The notes under the pieces were generated by a model, which was not told where the DNA came from, did not search any database, and saw nothing but the letters and a program-made list of their open reading frames with translations. From a bacterium (GTDB lineage: Bacteria; Patescibacteriota; Patescibacteriia; UBA1558; UBA10009): DNA of 64,000 nt. Position 1 is the first letter of the stretch. Each line of letters opens with the position of its first letter. Position numbers and translations under genes: made by a program. Below are positions 28,486-38,954 of the stretch, piece after piece. The stretch covers positions 608,977 to 672,976 of the forward strand of contig JABHGM010000001.1 in NCBI GenBank assembly GCA_018672055.1, written 5' to 3'.

Positions 28486-29493
28486 ATGAAAGTTATTTTA
28501 ACAGGTGGTGGTACATTAGGTTCTGTTAGTCCTTTAATAGGTATTTGGCAGAAACTTAAAATTCAAGACAAAAATCTTGAAACTATTTTTATTGGTACAA
28601 AACATGGACCTGAAAAAGAGTTTGTTAGAAAATATAATATATTATTTAAAAGTATAGCAGCTACTCGATTTAGAAGATATTTTAGCTTATTTAATTTATT
28701 AATACCTTTTTTAATTTTAATATCATTTATTCAATCACTAATTATATTATTAAAATACAAACCAGATTGGATAATTTCAGCAGGTGGTTATGTGCAAGTA
28801 CCTTTGATTTGGGCTAGTAAATTTTTTAAAACTAAAGTTGTACTATATCAATCTGATTTAAAAGTAGGACTAGCTAATAAATTAAATACTTCACAAGCAG
28901 ATTTAATATTTACTACTTTTTCTGAATCAAAAGAATATTTTAAAGATAAAAGTAAAGTACAAGTAGTGGGCACTGTTTTAAGAGATGAAATAAATAATGT
29001 AGCTAGTGAAATAGATAATAGTATTTTAGTTTTAGGTGGTGGTACTGGAGCAAGTAGTATAAATAGTTTAATAAAAGATTCACTAGATGAATTAACTATA
29101 AATTACAAAGTTATTCAAGTTACGGGCAAAGGTAAGCAGATTGATATGAAACATGATAATTATGAACAACATGAAATATTACTAGATGATTATTATGAAA
29201 AGATAAGTAAAGCTAAGCTTGTTATTTCAAGAGCTGGTTTATCATCTATTATGGAACTTGCATATCTTTCTAAAAATACTATTTTAATTCCTTTACCTAA
29301 TTCTCCTCAGGAAAGTAATGCAGAATATATTTGTGAAAGAAATGGAGCAATTTGCTTAAATCAAGAGGGCTTAACTAAAGATAGATTTTTAAAAGAAGTA
29401 AAAAAAGAAATTAATTTAGGAAGTAATTTTAATGAAATATTTAAGCTTCATGGTGAAGAGATAATAGCTAAAATAATATATGGATTTAAGTAG
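28486..29493 (+). CDS. murG: Lipid II GlcNAc transferase MurG
   Basis: TGGGTLG, GGYV, LGGGTGA, SRAG, Q..NA. Confidence 0.92.
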   Translation: MKVILTGGGTLGSVSPLIGIWQKLKIQDKNLETIFIGTKHGPEKEFVRKYNILFKSIAATRFRRYFSLFNLLIPFLILISFIQSLIILLKYKPDWIISAGGYVQVPLIWASKFFKTKVVLYQSDLKVGLANKLNTSQADLIFTTFSESKEYFKDKSKVQVVGTVLRDEINNVASEIDNSILVLGGGTGASSINSLIKDSLDELTINYKVIQVTGKGKQIDMKHDNYEQHEILLDDYYEKISKAKLVISRAGLSSIMELAYLSKNTILIPLPNSPQESNAEYICERNGAICLNQEGLTKDRFLKEVKKEINLGSNFNEIFKLHGEEIIAKIIYGFK

Positions 29494-30847
29494 TATAAAA
29501 AAAGTACATCTAATTGGTATTGGTGGTATAGGCATTTCAGCTATTGCTAAGTTTTTATTTGAGAATGGAAAACAAGTAACTGGTTCTGATGTAGAAAAAT
29601 CAATAGTAATAGACCGGTTAAATGATTCAGGAATTAAAGTAGTTATTGGTCATAATGAATCAAATATTTCAGAGGATATTGATTTAGTAATATATTCAGT
29701 AGCTGTCCCAGAAGATAATATAGAGCGACTTAAAGTACGAGAGTTTGGTATAAAAGAAATCACATATGGTGAGTTTTTAGGCGAGCTTAGTCTTAAATAC
29801 AAAACTATTGCTGTAACTGGTACTAATGGTAAAACTACAACTTCTTCTTTACTAGGTAGTACTTATGTTGACCTTTATTTAGATCCTACAGTTATAATAG
29901 GTAGTTTACTAAATAAATTTAAGGGTAATCTGCATTTAGGTAGTTCTGAGTATTTAATTGTTGAAGCTGATGAGTATAAAGCAAATATGCTTAAAGTAGA
30001 CCCAACTCATATATTACTTACATCTATTGAAGAAGATCATTTAGATTTTTATAAAGATATCGATGATATAATTCAACATTTTCAAAAGTTTGTTGATAAA
30101 TTACCTGAAGATGGATATTTAATATATAACGGTGATGATGTAAATATTAAAAAACTTTACTTACCTGATAATTCAATAAGTTGCGGTAAGGATGATAATT
30201 CAGATTATTATTATCAAGATTTAGTTATTAAAGATGGTCAACAAAAATTTAAAGTATATTATAAGAGTAAATTGCTTGATGATTTTAATTTAACTATACC
30301 TGGAGAATATAATGTATTAAATTCTTTAATGGTTATTGCTTTGTCACATAAATTAAAATTAAATTTAAAAGATGTGAAAGAGTCACTCATTAAATTTAAT
30401 GGTTTATGGCGAAGATATGAAACAGTTGGCATGCTAGAGGATAATGTCCTGCTTATTTCTGATTATACTCATCATCCAGATGCTATTATTAAAACATTGA
30501 AAGCTTCTAAAGATTTTTATCCAGACAGAAGACTATTTTTAGTCTATCAGCCTCATCAACACGATAGAACAAAGAAATTATTTAAAGATTTTGTTAAAGC
30601 ATTTGATCTAGCTGATTTTACTATACTTCATGAAATATATGATGTAGCAGGTAGAAAGTATAGTGGTGATGAAAAAGTAAGTTCTAATGATATAGTTAAG
30701 GAAATAAATAAAGATAATGTAATATATTCTGATAGTTTTGAAAAAACAAAAGAATTGATAAATAGTAATTTAAAGCCAAATGACTTACTTCTTGTGATGG
30801 GTGCTGGGGAAATTGATAAAATAGCCAGAGAACTATATGCTAGATAA
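29480..30847 (+). CDS. murC: UDP-MurNAc:L-Ala ligase
   Basis: IGIGGIGISA, GTNGKTTT, EADE, DHLD, DYTHHP, YQPH. Confidence 0.95.
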   Translation: MDLSSIKKVHLIGIGGIGISAIAKFLFENGKQVTGSDVEKSIVIDRLNDSGIKVVIGHNESNISEDIDLVIYSVAVPEDNIERLKVREFGIKEITYGEFLGELSLKYKTIAVTGTNGKTTTSSLLGSTYVDLYLDPTVIIGSLLNKFKGNLHLGSSEYLIVEADEYKANMLKVDPTHILLTSIEEDHLDFYKDIDDIIQHFQKFVDKLPEDGYLIYNGDDVNIKKLYLPDNSISCGKDDNSDYYYQDLVIKDGQQKFKVYYKSKLLDDFNLTIPGEYNVLNSLMVIALSHKLKLNLKDVKESLIKFNGLWRRYETVGMLEDNVLLISDYTHHPDAIIKTLKASKDFYPDRRLFLVYQPHQHDRTKKLFKDFVKAFDLADFTILHEIYDVAGRKYSGDEKVSSNDIVKEINKDNVIYSDSFEKTKELINSNLKPNDLLLVMGAGEIDKIARELYAR

Positions 30848-31790
30848 ATTTAAAAAAATAGATCCAGACATTAAAGAAAACTTTTCATTAAAAGAGTTTA
30901 CTACTTTTAAAATAGGTGGAAATTGTAAATACTTTTCTTTAGTTAAAGATGTTAAGCAATTAGTAGAACTAATTAAATTAGCTCGTAGTAATAATGTTCC
31001 AATTCAATTAATAGGTGGTGGTAGTAATATATTAATTTCAGATAATGGATTTTCTGGGTTAGTAATTAAATTACAGTTTAATACTTTAGAAATTAAAGAT
31101 ACTAATGTAGAGGTAAGCGCTGATATAGAATTATCTGATCTTATCAATCAAACTGTTAATTCAGGGCTAATAAGTTTAGCTGTTATGATGGGCATTCCTG
31201 GGACCATTGGTGGAGCTGTAGTTGGTAATGCTGGTGCTTATGGTATTCAAATAAGTAATTTTTTTGAAAAAGCTACTGTTTTAGATAATAACTTAGAAGT
31301 TAAAGAGTTGAGTTGTGATGATTTAGATTTTAAATATAGGCATAGTATTTTAAAAGAAAATGATTGGATTGTTTTAAATATTAATTTAAAGTTAGAAAAA
31401 GGGGATAGAGATGAAGCTTTAAAGAAAATGTCTGAAATAGTTGATGACAGAGAATCCAAGCATCCAGGTTTTCCTTCTGCTGGTAGTACTTTTAAGAATA
31501 TTGAAATAAATGATGAAGTAATTAGTATCTTAAAAGATAAGAATATTGAAATACCAAATAAGTTTATTGAATATAAAAAGATACCAGCGGCATTTTTAAT
31601 TGATCACTTAGGTTTAAAAGGAAAAATTATTGGTGGAGCTCAAATATCAGATGAACATGCAAATCATATTATAAATGCTAAAGATGCTAAAGCAGATCAC
31701 GTTGTTCAATTAATTAGCTTTGTAAAGATGAAAGTACGTGATGAAATAGGTATTCAACTTAAAGAAGAAGTACGATATATTGGATTTTAG
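30837..31790 (+). CDS. murB: UDP-N-acetylenolpyruvoylglucosamine reductase
   Basis: TFKIGG, GGGSN, IPGTIGGA..NAGAYG, SAGSTFKN, HAN. Confidence 0.95.
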   Translation: MLDKFKKIDPDIKENFSLKEFTTFKIGGNCKYFSLVKDVKQLVELIKLARSNNVPIQLIGGGSNILISDNGFSGLVIKLQFNTLEIKDTNVEVSADIELSDLINQTVNSGLISLAVMMGIPGTIGGAVVGNAGAYGIQISNFFEKATVLDNNLEVKELSCDDLDFKYRHSILKENDWIVLNINLKLEKGDRDEALKKMSEIVDDRESKHPGFPSAGSTFKNIEINDEVISILKDKNIEIPNKFIEYKKIPAAFLIDHLGLKGKIIGGAQISDEHANHIINAKDAKADHVVQLISFVKMKVRDEIGIQLKEEVRYIGF

Positions 31791-31796
31791 ATAAAC

Positions 31797-31828
31797 AAAA
31801 AACATAATGAGATTATATTATGTTTTTT
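31797..31828. terminator. Bidirectional terminator
   Basis: aaaaaacataat...attatgtttttt between convergent genes. Confidence 0.7.
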
Positions 31829-31836
31829 CATTTACT

Positions 31837-32847
31837 TTATAAATCGAAGAATTTTTTAGCTGTTGATCTTTCATCAATTATATCTTTAACTAAATGAGAA
31901 ATATCCTCTGACACATCAACTACATTAATAGCTAGTTCGCCTTTAGAATTTTTAATCTTTAAAAATTCTGGGTTAATTGGAGTTGTATTTGTTATATGTA
32001 ATTTATCTAACCAACCTCTTGAAAATGCTTCTGAAATGTTAGAAAATGTTGTATCTTCTGTTGGATCAAAATGGACAGCAAAAGCGTGTATTTCTGGTGC
32101 TTTAAATTCTTCTTTTAAATTTTTTAAAGTTTTAAGCATTGTACCAAAGCTTAATACCATATCATCAAATATACCTATTTTATTACCAACTAATTTACCA
32201 TAAGTTTTTGAATCTTTAAGAGGTATGTTTTTTAAACCAATAGTTTGTTTTTCATCATGAGCTTTTGAAGTAATAAAAATTGGATTATTAGTAACAAGTT
32301 TTTCATCAACTTTATAAGCTCTTTTTAATGATCCTTCATCAGTACAAGCTATTTGATCAATACCTGTTTCTTTAGCTAATTCAATTAACTTGGAAATCAA
32401 GTAAAATCTACGTCTTCTAACTGGATAAAAGTATCCGAGATGAGTGGAATGATGAGGATCAAATACATTTATTGAATTAGGTTTAAGTCTAACAATACGT
32501 CTAGCTAGATAAGGTAGATTAGGAATATGACCAGCTGTATGCTCAATATCATCTTTACCACAGAACCAAGGGAAGATAAAATGTAATTCTTTAGCTCCGC
32601 CACAAGCATCTGCCATTAGTTCTAATTCTTCAATAGGTGAACCTATTCCTCTATAGATTAGAGGAGTAATAATAATTATTTTTTTACCAGCTACACTTTT
32701 TTCATCTGGTCTATCAGCTCTTGGATAACCATTTCCCCAGGTACCTGTATCAATAAAAAGAGGATCACATTTTAAATGAGAAGCTATTTTATTTAATAAG
32801 TCAGGATGTGTTTTACCTGAAACTATTATAAAATTATTATTTTTCAT
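31837..32847 (-). CDS. Divergent ribose-phosphate pyrophosphokinase-like protein
   Basis: Prs architecture with altered motifs: FDPH, TDEG, DDMVLSFGT, TNT. Confidence 0.75.
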   Translation of the reverse strand: MKNNNFIIVSGKTHPDLLNKIASHLKCDPLFIDTGTWGNGYPRADRPDEKSVAGKKIIIITPLIYRGIGSPIEELELMADACGGAKELHFIFPWFCGKDDIEHTAGHIPNLPYLARRIVRLKPNSINVFDPHHSTHLGYFYPVRRRRFYLISKLIELAKETGIDQIACTDEGSLKRAYKVDEKLVTNNPIFITSKAHDEKQTIGLKNIPLKDSKTYGKLVGNKIGIFDDMVLSFGTMLKTLKNLKEEFKAPEIHAFAVHFDPTEDTTFSNISEAFSRGWLDKLHITNTTPINPEFLKIKNSKGELAINVVDVSEDISHLVKDIIDERSTAKKFFDL

Positions 32848-32891
32848 ATATTTATATTTCTATTTTATTCTTTATTAACAAAATGTCAAAT

Positions 32892-32921
32892 AAAAAAGCT
32901 GGTTTTAGTAACCAGCTTTTT
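32892..32921 (-). terminator. Terminator after prs
   Basis: aaaaagctggtt-ttagt-aaccagcttttt. Confidence 0.8.
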
Positions 32922-32923
32922 GT

Positions 32924-33856
32924 CTATTTTGGAAATAGACTACTAATTGATTCTTCGTTGTGGATATTTGAGATTGCTTTTCCAAAAAGGCTTGATACAG
33001 ATACTACTTTTATTTTTTTATGAGTCTTCTTAAGCTTTATTGTATCTGCTATCCAGATTTTTGTTACTTTGGATTCTGAGATTCTTTCAAGTGCTGAACC
33101 AGAGAGTACTGCGTGTGGTATCATTACATGTACTTCCTTAGCTCCTTCAGATAATAGTTCTGCAACAGCACTACATATTGTACCTGCAGTATCAATTAAA
33201 TCATCAATAATCACACAGATTCCATCTACAACACTACAATGGAGAATGGCCTTATCTACTTTGTTATCTTCAGGTCTGTTTTTGTCAATTATTCTGAGAG
33301 GCCAATTATATCTCTTTGCTATACCGCCTACTGTCTTAGCAGCACCATGGTCAGGTGCTACTGCAATTATCCTTCCGGATAATGTTGGTATCATAGATTC
33401 AAGTATAGTGTCGGCAGCCCATAATGGATCAACTGGTATTTCAAAGAAACCTTCAATAGCTGGTGCATGTAGATCCATAGTTAATATTAGATGAGCACCA
33501 ACTTTTTCAGTAAATATGGCCACCATCTTTGCTGTTATTGGTACCCTTGGTTCAGATTTACGTTCCTGTCTTGCATAACCGTAATATGGAATTACTGCTG
33601 TGATGCGTCTTGCTTTTGCTCTTTTTGCTGCATCTATAGCTATCCAAAGCTGAAACCAGTGATCTATAGGTGGTTGAGTGCTAGCGATTATAAATACATC
33701 CATTCCACGTATATTTTGTTGAAATTGACAATGCCATTCACCATCAGAGAAGTCTTTAAATGTCAGTTTTCCTAAGTCGATTTTTAATGACTTACATACA
33801 TCAGAAGCAAATTGTTTACTGTCTGGTATTGCAAATATTCCAAATTTTCCGTTCAT
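32924..33856 (-). CDS. prs: Ribose-phosphate pyrophosphokinase
   Basis: FSDGE, PYYGYARQER, DLHA, APDHG, DKNR, DDLIDTAGT; start moved to 33856 behind ggag. Confidence 0.94.
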   Translation of the reverse strand: MNGKFGIFAIPDSKQFASDVCKSLKIDLGKLTFKDFSDGEWHCQFQQNIRGMDVFIIASTQPPIDHWFQLWIAIDAAKRAKARRITAVIPYYGYARQERKSEPRVPITAKMVAIFTEKVGAHLILTMDLHAPAIEGFFEIPVDPLWAADTILESMIPTLSGRIIAVAPDHGAAKTVGGIAKRYNWPLRIIDKNRPEDNKVDKAILHCSVVDGICVIIDDLIDTAGTICSAVAELLSEGAKEVHVMIPHAVLSGSALERISESKVTKIWIADTIKLKKTHKKIKVVSVSSLFGKAISNIHNEESISSLFPK

Positions 33857-33981
33857 TTTTTCTCCAAATTTATGATTGTTGCTATTATTAGTATGTACGA
33901 GCACCTAAATCTTAATGAAAAATCAAAGGATTGTCAAATTAGTAGATATTTGTTAAAATAACCCCGTTTATTATATAAATT

Positions 33982-36651
33982 ATGAATATATTAGAAAAAT
34001 TTTTTGGTGATGCTAACGATAAGTATTTAAAGAGTTTAGACCCTTTAGTTTCTGAGATAAATGGATTAGAAAAGGATATCAAGCCTTTAAGTCAAGCTGA
34101 ACTAAAAAAAGAACTAAAAGCAGGTAAATCTTTAGAAGATATCTTACCTGTTGCTTTTGCTATGGTTAGAGAAGCAGCTTGGAGAACTTTAGAACAAAGA
34201 CATTACGATGTTCAATTAATAGGTGGTATTGTCTTGCATAAAGGACAAATTGCTGAAATGAGAACTGGTGAAGGTAAAACTTTAACAGCAACACTAGCTG
34301 TTTATTTAAATGCTTTAGAAGAAAAAGGTGTTCATGTTATAACAGTAAACGATTATCTATCACGTCGTGATGCTGTTTGGATGGGTCAGATATATAATTA
34401 TTTAGGTTTAAGTGTTTCATGTTTACAACATGATAGTGCTTTTCTTTACGACGAAACATTAGACGCTACTGATTCTTTAGATACTGAAAGAGATTTAGGA
34501 ATAAAAGTATCTGATAAATTTTTAAAGCCTGTTTCTAGAAATGAAGCCTACGCAGCAGATATTACATATGGTACTAATAATGAATTTGGTTTTGATTACT
34601 TAAGAGATAATATGGTACCTGAGCTTGGTAAAAAAGTACAAAGACCTCTTAATTTTACTATTATTGATGAAGTTGATTCAGTTTTAATTGATGAAGCTCG
34701 TACTCCACTAATTATTTCAGCTCCTGCTGAAGAATCTAATGATAAGTATTATCAATTTGCTAAGCTAGTTAGGATTCTATCTGAAAACGAAGATTACAAT
34801 ATAGATGAAAAGATGAGAAGTTGTACTTTAACTGAAGATGGAGTAAGTAAAATTGAAAAAGCTTTGAATGTAGATAATATTTACGAGACTCACGGTATTA
34901 ATACTTTGCATCATTTAGAAGAAGCTTTAAAAGCTGAATACATATTTAAAAAAGATAAAGATTACGTTGTTAAGCAAGGTGAAGTTATTATAGTAGATGA
35001 ATTTACTGGAAGGCTTATGCAAGGTAGAAGATATTCAGGTGGTTTGCATCAAGCAATTGAAGCTAAAGAAGCAGTTACTATACAAAGAGAGAGTGTTACT
35101 ATGGCAACGGTTACATTCCAAAACTATTTTAGAATGTACAATAAAATTGCAGGTATGACTGGTACTGCTGCTACTGAAGGTGAAGAATTTAGTAAAATAT
35201 ATAGTTTAGATGTAACTATTATACCTACTAATAAGCCAACTGTTAGAAAAGATAATAATGACAAGATATATGTTAATGAGTTGGCTAAGTACCACGCTGT
35301 AGTTAAAGAAATAAAAGAGCGTAATAAAAATGGACAACCTGTTTTAATTGGTACTATATCAATTGAAAAAAATGAAGTATTGTCTCAGTTACTTACGCAT
35401 GCTGGTGTAGAGCACGAAGTACTTAATGCTAAGAATCATGCCAGAGAAGCTGAAATTTTAGCTCAGGCAGGACGTTTTGGAGCAGTTACTGTAGCTACTA
35501 ATATGGCTGGTCGTGGTGTTGATATTATACTTGGAGGTAATCCTAAAGTAGAAACTGATTATGATAAAGTAATTGATTTAGGTGGTTTACATGTTATTGG
35601 TACTGAACGTCATGAATCTAGAAGAATTGATAATCAGTTAAGAGGTAGAGGTGGCCGGCAAGGTGATCCAGGCTCTTCTCAGTTTTTTGTATCAATGGAA
35701 GATGATTTAATGAGAATCTTTGGTAGTGATAGGATGAAGAATATTATGACTACTCTTAAAGTACCTGAAGATATGCCAATTGAAAATAAGTTATTGTCTA
35801 GATCTATTGAATCAGCTCAACGTAAAGTTGAAGGTAATAATTTTGATATACGTAAACACTTAGTTGAATATGATGATGTTTTAAGTAAACAGAGAAATTT
35901 AATTTATGATAAACGTGATGAGATATTAGAATTGCATGAGAAAAAAGAAGAAGCTAGTACTAAAGATTTAGTAATAAACATGGTTTCACAAGAATTTACA
36001 CAAATTATTTCATTTCATTTGCCAGAAGATAATAAGAAAGAAATTATTGAAAACGTTTCTACTATATTTCCTTTAAGTAATGATGAAAAGAAAGAAATAG
36101 AAAATAACTTAGTAGATGAGTTAAAAGCTAATGAATATTTAAATAATTTAGCTCTCGATAAGTATAGTAAGATGGAAGAGCAATTAAAAGGCATGCCTCA
36201 ATTTAAAGAAACTCAGGAACCTTTAAGAGAAATTGAAAAGTTTGTTATGATTAGAACTATAGATAATTTATGGGTTGAACATTTAGAAGCAATTGAACAT
36301 TTAAGAACTGGCATTGGTTTACGAGGTTATGGACAAAGAGATCCATTAATTGAGTATAAGAAAGAATCATTTAATTTATTTGAACAATTATTATCAGAAA
36401 TTCAGAATCAAGTTGTTCATGCTATATTTAAATACGGTGGTGTAAGTGCTTTACCTCAAGGTCAAAATAAACAGGCTACAACTGAAGTAAAGAGTAGTGT
36501 TAATGCTTTTCAAGCAACTCAGAATAAGAAGAGCCAAGTTAAACAAGAAGTAGCTAGTAAGATTAAAGATGATAGTGGTAAAAAAGTAGGACGTAATGAT
36601 CCATGTCCTTGTGGCAGTGGTAAAAAATATAAGAAATGTTGTGGTAAATAA
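33982..36651 (+). CDS. secA: Preprotein translocase ATPase SecA
   Basis: [30 protein letters not shown]-terminal [18 protein letters not shown]. Confidence 0.98.
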   Translation: MNILEKFFGDANDKYLKSLDPLVSEINGLEKDIKPLSQAELKKELKAGKSLEDILPVAFAMVREAAWRTLEQRHYDVQLIGGIVLHKGQIAEMRTGEGKTLTATLAVYLNALEEKGVHVITVNDYLSRRDAVWMGQIYNYLGLSVSCLQHDSAFLYDETLDATDSLDTERDLGIKVSDKFLKPVSRNEAYAADITYGTNNEFGFDYLRDNMVPELGKKVQRPLNFTIIDEVDSVLIDEARTPLIISAPAEESNDKYYQFAKLVRILSENEDYNIDEKMRSCTLTEDGVSKIEKALNVDNIYETHGINTLHHLEEALKAEYIFKKDKDYVVKQGEVIIVDEFTGRLMQGRRYSGGLHQAIEAKEAVTIQRESVTMATVTFQNYFRMYNKIAGMTGTAATEGEEFSKIYSLDVTIIPTNKPTVRKDNNDKIYVNELAKYHAVVKEIKERNKNGQPVLIGTISIEKNEVLSQLLTHAGVEHEVLNAKNHAREAEILAQAGRFGAVTVATNMAGRGVDIILGGNPKVETDYDKVIDLGGLHVIGTERHESRRIDNQLRGRGGRQGDPGSSQFFVSMEDDLMRIFGSDRMKNIMTTLKVPEDMPIENKLLSRSIESAQRKVEGNNFDIRKHLVEYDDVLSKQRNLIYDKRDEILELHEKKEEASTKDLVINMVSQEFTQIISFHLPEDNKKEIIENVSTIFPLSNDEKKEIENNLVDELKANEYLNNLALDKYSKMEEQLKGMPQFKETQEPLREIEKFVMIRTIDNLWVEHLEAIEHLRTGIGLRGYGQRDPLIEYKKESFNLFEQLLSEIQNQVVHAIFKYGGVSALPQGQNKQATTEVKSSVNAFQATQNKKSQVKQEVASKIKDDSGKKVGRNDPCPCGSGKKYKKCCGK

Positions 36652-36656
36652 AATAC

Positions 36657-37211
36657 ATGAAACTTAATGAAGAAGAATTAATAAAAATAGCAAAGCCTTA
36701 TTTTGAATTAGCTAGAGATGGTGATTGGAATCATGCACTTAGAGTTGTTGATTGGGTCAAAAAATTATCTTTTGATAGAGATGATTTAGATTTATTAATT
36801 ACAGCTGCATATATTCATGATATTGGCTGGTCTGGAGTTGCTCCAAAAGGTAAAATTGATCTTGACGAAATGTTGATATTAGAATCAAAAGCAAATGAAA
36901 ATTCATCTAGATTAATTACAGAAGTGTTAACTAAGTTAAATTTTACTGATTCAGATATTTTTAATGTAATAAGATTAGTAACTGCGGCAGATACTAGAAA
37001 AGGAGATAAAGATGATGAATCTATAATTATTGATGCAGATAATTTAAGTAAGCTGTGTATAGAGCATTTACAAGAGAAATATCAACCTAAGAGTTTTATG
37101 AAATTAATAAATATTTGGAAAGAATTGGGTTGGACAATTAAAACTGAAAAAGGTAAAGAATTGTACCCTAAGCTTTTAGCTGATATTGAAAAAGTAGTTA
37201 ATAATAAATAA
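36657..37211 (+). CDS. HD-domain protein
   Basis: [16 protein letters not shown]. Confidence 0.8.
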   Translation: MKLNEEELIKIAKPYFELARDGDWNHALRVVDWVKKLSFDRDDLDLLITAAYIHDIGWSGVAPKGKIDLDEMLILESKANENSSRLITEVLTKLNFTDSDIFNVIRLVTAADTRKGDKDDESIIIDADNLSKLCIEHLQEKYQPKSFMKLINIWKELGWTIKTEKGKELYPKLLADIEKVVNNK

Positions 37212-37250
37212 CTTGCCAAATCATTTAAATGTGCTAGAATATTGTAAATT

Positions 37251-38954
37251 ATGTCAAAAATTCATAAAGTTATAACTCGTCAAAAAATATGGCTCACCTT
37301 AGTGGGCATTTTGATTTTGGTCATATTTTCTGGGTTAATTAGTTATCCTCAATTACCACTTAGTATTCCAGGTGAATCATTTTTTTCTCAGTTTAAGCCT
37401 CATTTAGGCCTTGATTTACAAGGTGGAGCTCATTTAGTGTATCAAGCTGATGTTTCAGAATTACCTGCTCCTGATCAAGATTCTGCACTTGAAGGCGTTA
37501 GAGATGTTATTGAACGTAGAGTTAATGCTTTTGGTGTATCTGAACCTATTGTTCAAACTGGTTCAAATCATAGGTTAATTATTGAACTTGCTGGTATACA
37601 TGATGTAAATGATGCTATACAACAAATAGGGGAAACTCCACTTTTAGAATTTAAAACTCAATTACCATCTCCACCACCTGTTGCCTTAACTGAAACTGAA
37701 AAACAAGAAGCTATTCAATTTAATTTAGATATATATAATAAAGCTAAAGGTATAATTTCAGAATTAGAAGCAGGTGCTGATTTTTCTGAGTTAGCAGGTC
37801 TTAACTCTGAAGATACTAGTAATAAAGATTTAGGTGGAGAACTTGGCTTTGCTGGCATAGGTATGTTTGTACCTGAATTTGAAAAAGCAATTTTTGAAGA
37901 TTTACATATTGGTGAAATAACAAGTGAACCAATTAAAACTGATTTTGGATATCATATTATTAAAAAAATAGCAGAACAAGGTGAAGGTGATGAAAAAGAA
38001 GTAAATAGTGCACATATTTTACTTTCAACTAAGGATGAAGAATATAAGCAAGCACAAATTTTAAATAGTGATCAGTGGCAGAATACACAGTTATCTGGAA
38101 AACATTTACAGAAAGCAATTGTTCAATTTGATCCAAATACAAATGCACCAAATATTGGTTTAGAGTTTAATTCTGAAGGTAGAGATTTATTTGCAGAGAT
38201 TACTAAAGGTAATATTGGTAAACCAGTTGCTATATTTTTAGATGGTTATGCAATTTCAATACCAACTGTTCAAGAAGAAATAACTGGTGGTAGTGCTGTT
38301 ATATCAGGTAATTTTAATTTAGTTGAAGCTAAAGAACTTGCTCAACGTTTAAATGCTGGTGCTCTACCAATACCTATTCATTTAATCTCTCAACAAACCG
38401 TAGGACCTTCACTTGGTAAGATATCACTTGAAAAAAGTTTAATAGCTGGATTACTTGGTTTAATTATAGTTGCTTTATTTATGATAATTTATTATAGATT
38501 ACCAGGTATTATTTCAGTTATTGCATTACTTATGTATGGTATATTTGCTTTAGCAGTATTTGAGGTATTTACAATTACTTTAACTTTAGCTGGTATTGCT
38601 GGTTTTATATTGTCTGTTGGTATGGCGGTTGATGCAAATATTTTAATATTTGAAAGAACTAAAGAAGAATTAAGATCTGGTAAACCTATTGGTAATAGTA
38701 TAGAAGAAGGTTTTTCTAGAGCTTGGTTATCAATTAGAGATTCAAATATATCAAGTATAATTACTTGTATAATTCTTGCTTGGTTTGGTTCTAGTTTAAT
38801 TAAAGGATTTGCAATTACACTTGGTATTGGTATTTTAATATCTATGTTTAGTGCATTTGTCGTAACTAAGACTTTGCTTAGATTATTTGCTACTAAGTTT
38901 TTTGCAAAGCATCCATTTTTATTTGGTGTTAAAAAGAAAAAAGAAAATGTTTAA
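37251..38954 (+). CDS. secD: Protein translocase SecD with inserted parvulin-type PPIase domain
   Basis: LGLDLQGG, RRVNAFGVSEP, GMAVDANILIFER; insert with SED, GGELG, VPEFE, FGYHII. Confidence 0.95.
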   Translation: MSKIHKVITRQKIWLTLVGILILVIFSGLISYPQLPLSIPGESFFSQFKPHLGLDLQGGAHLVYQADVSELPAPDQDSALEGVRDVIERRVNAFGVSEPIVQTGSNHRLIIELAGIHDVNDAIQQIGETPLLEFKTQLPSPPPVALTETEKQEAIQFNLDIYNKAKGIISELEAGADFSELAGLNSEDTSNKDLGGELGFAGIGMFVPEFEKAIFEDLHIGEITSEPIKTDFGYHIIKKIAEQGEGDEKEVNSAHILLSTKDEEYKQAQILNSDQWQNTQLSGKHLQKAIVQFDPNTNAPNIGLEFNSEGRDLFAEITKGNIGKPVAIFLDGYAISIPTVQEEITGGSAVISGNFNLVEAKELAQRLNAGALPIPIHLISQQTVGPSLGKISLEKSLIAGLLGLIIVALFMIIYYRLPGIISVIALLMYGIFALAVFEVFTITLTLAGIAGFILSVGMAVDANILIFERTKEELRSGKPIGNSIEEGFSRAWLSIRDSNISSIITCIILAWFGSSLIKGFAITLGIGILISMFSAFVVTKTLLRLFATKFFAKHPFLFGVKKKKENV

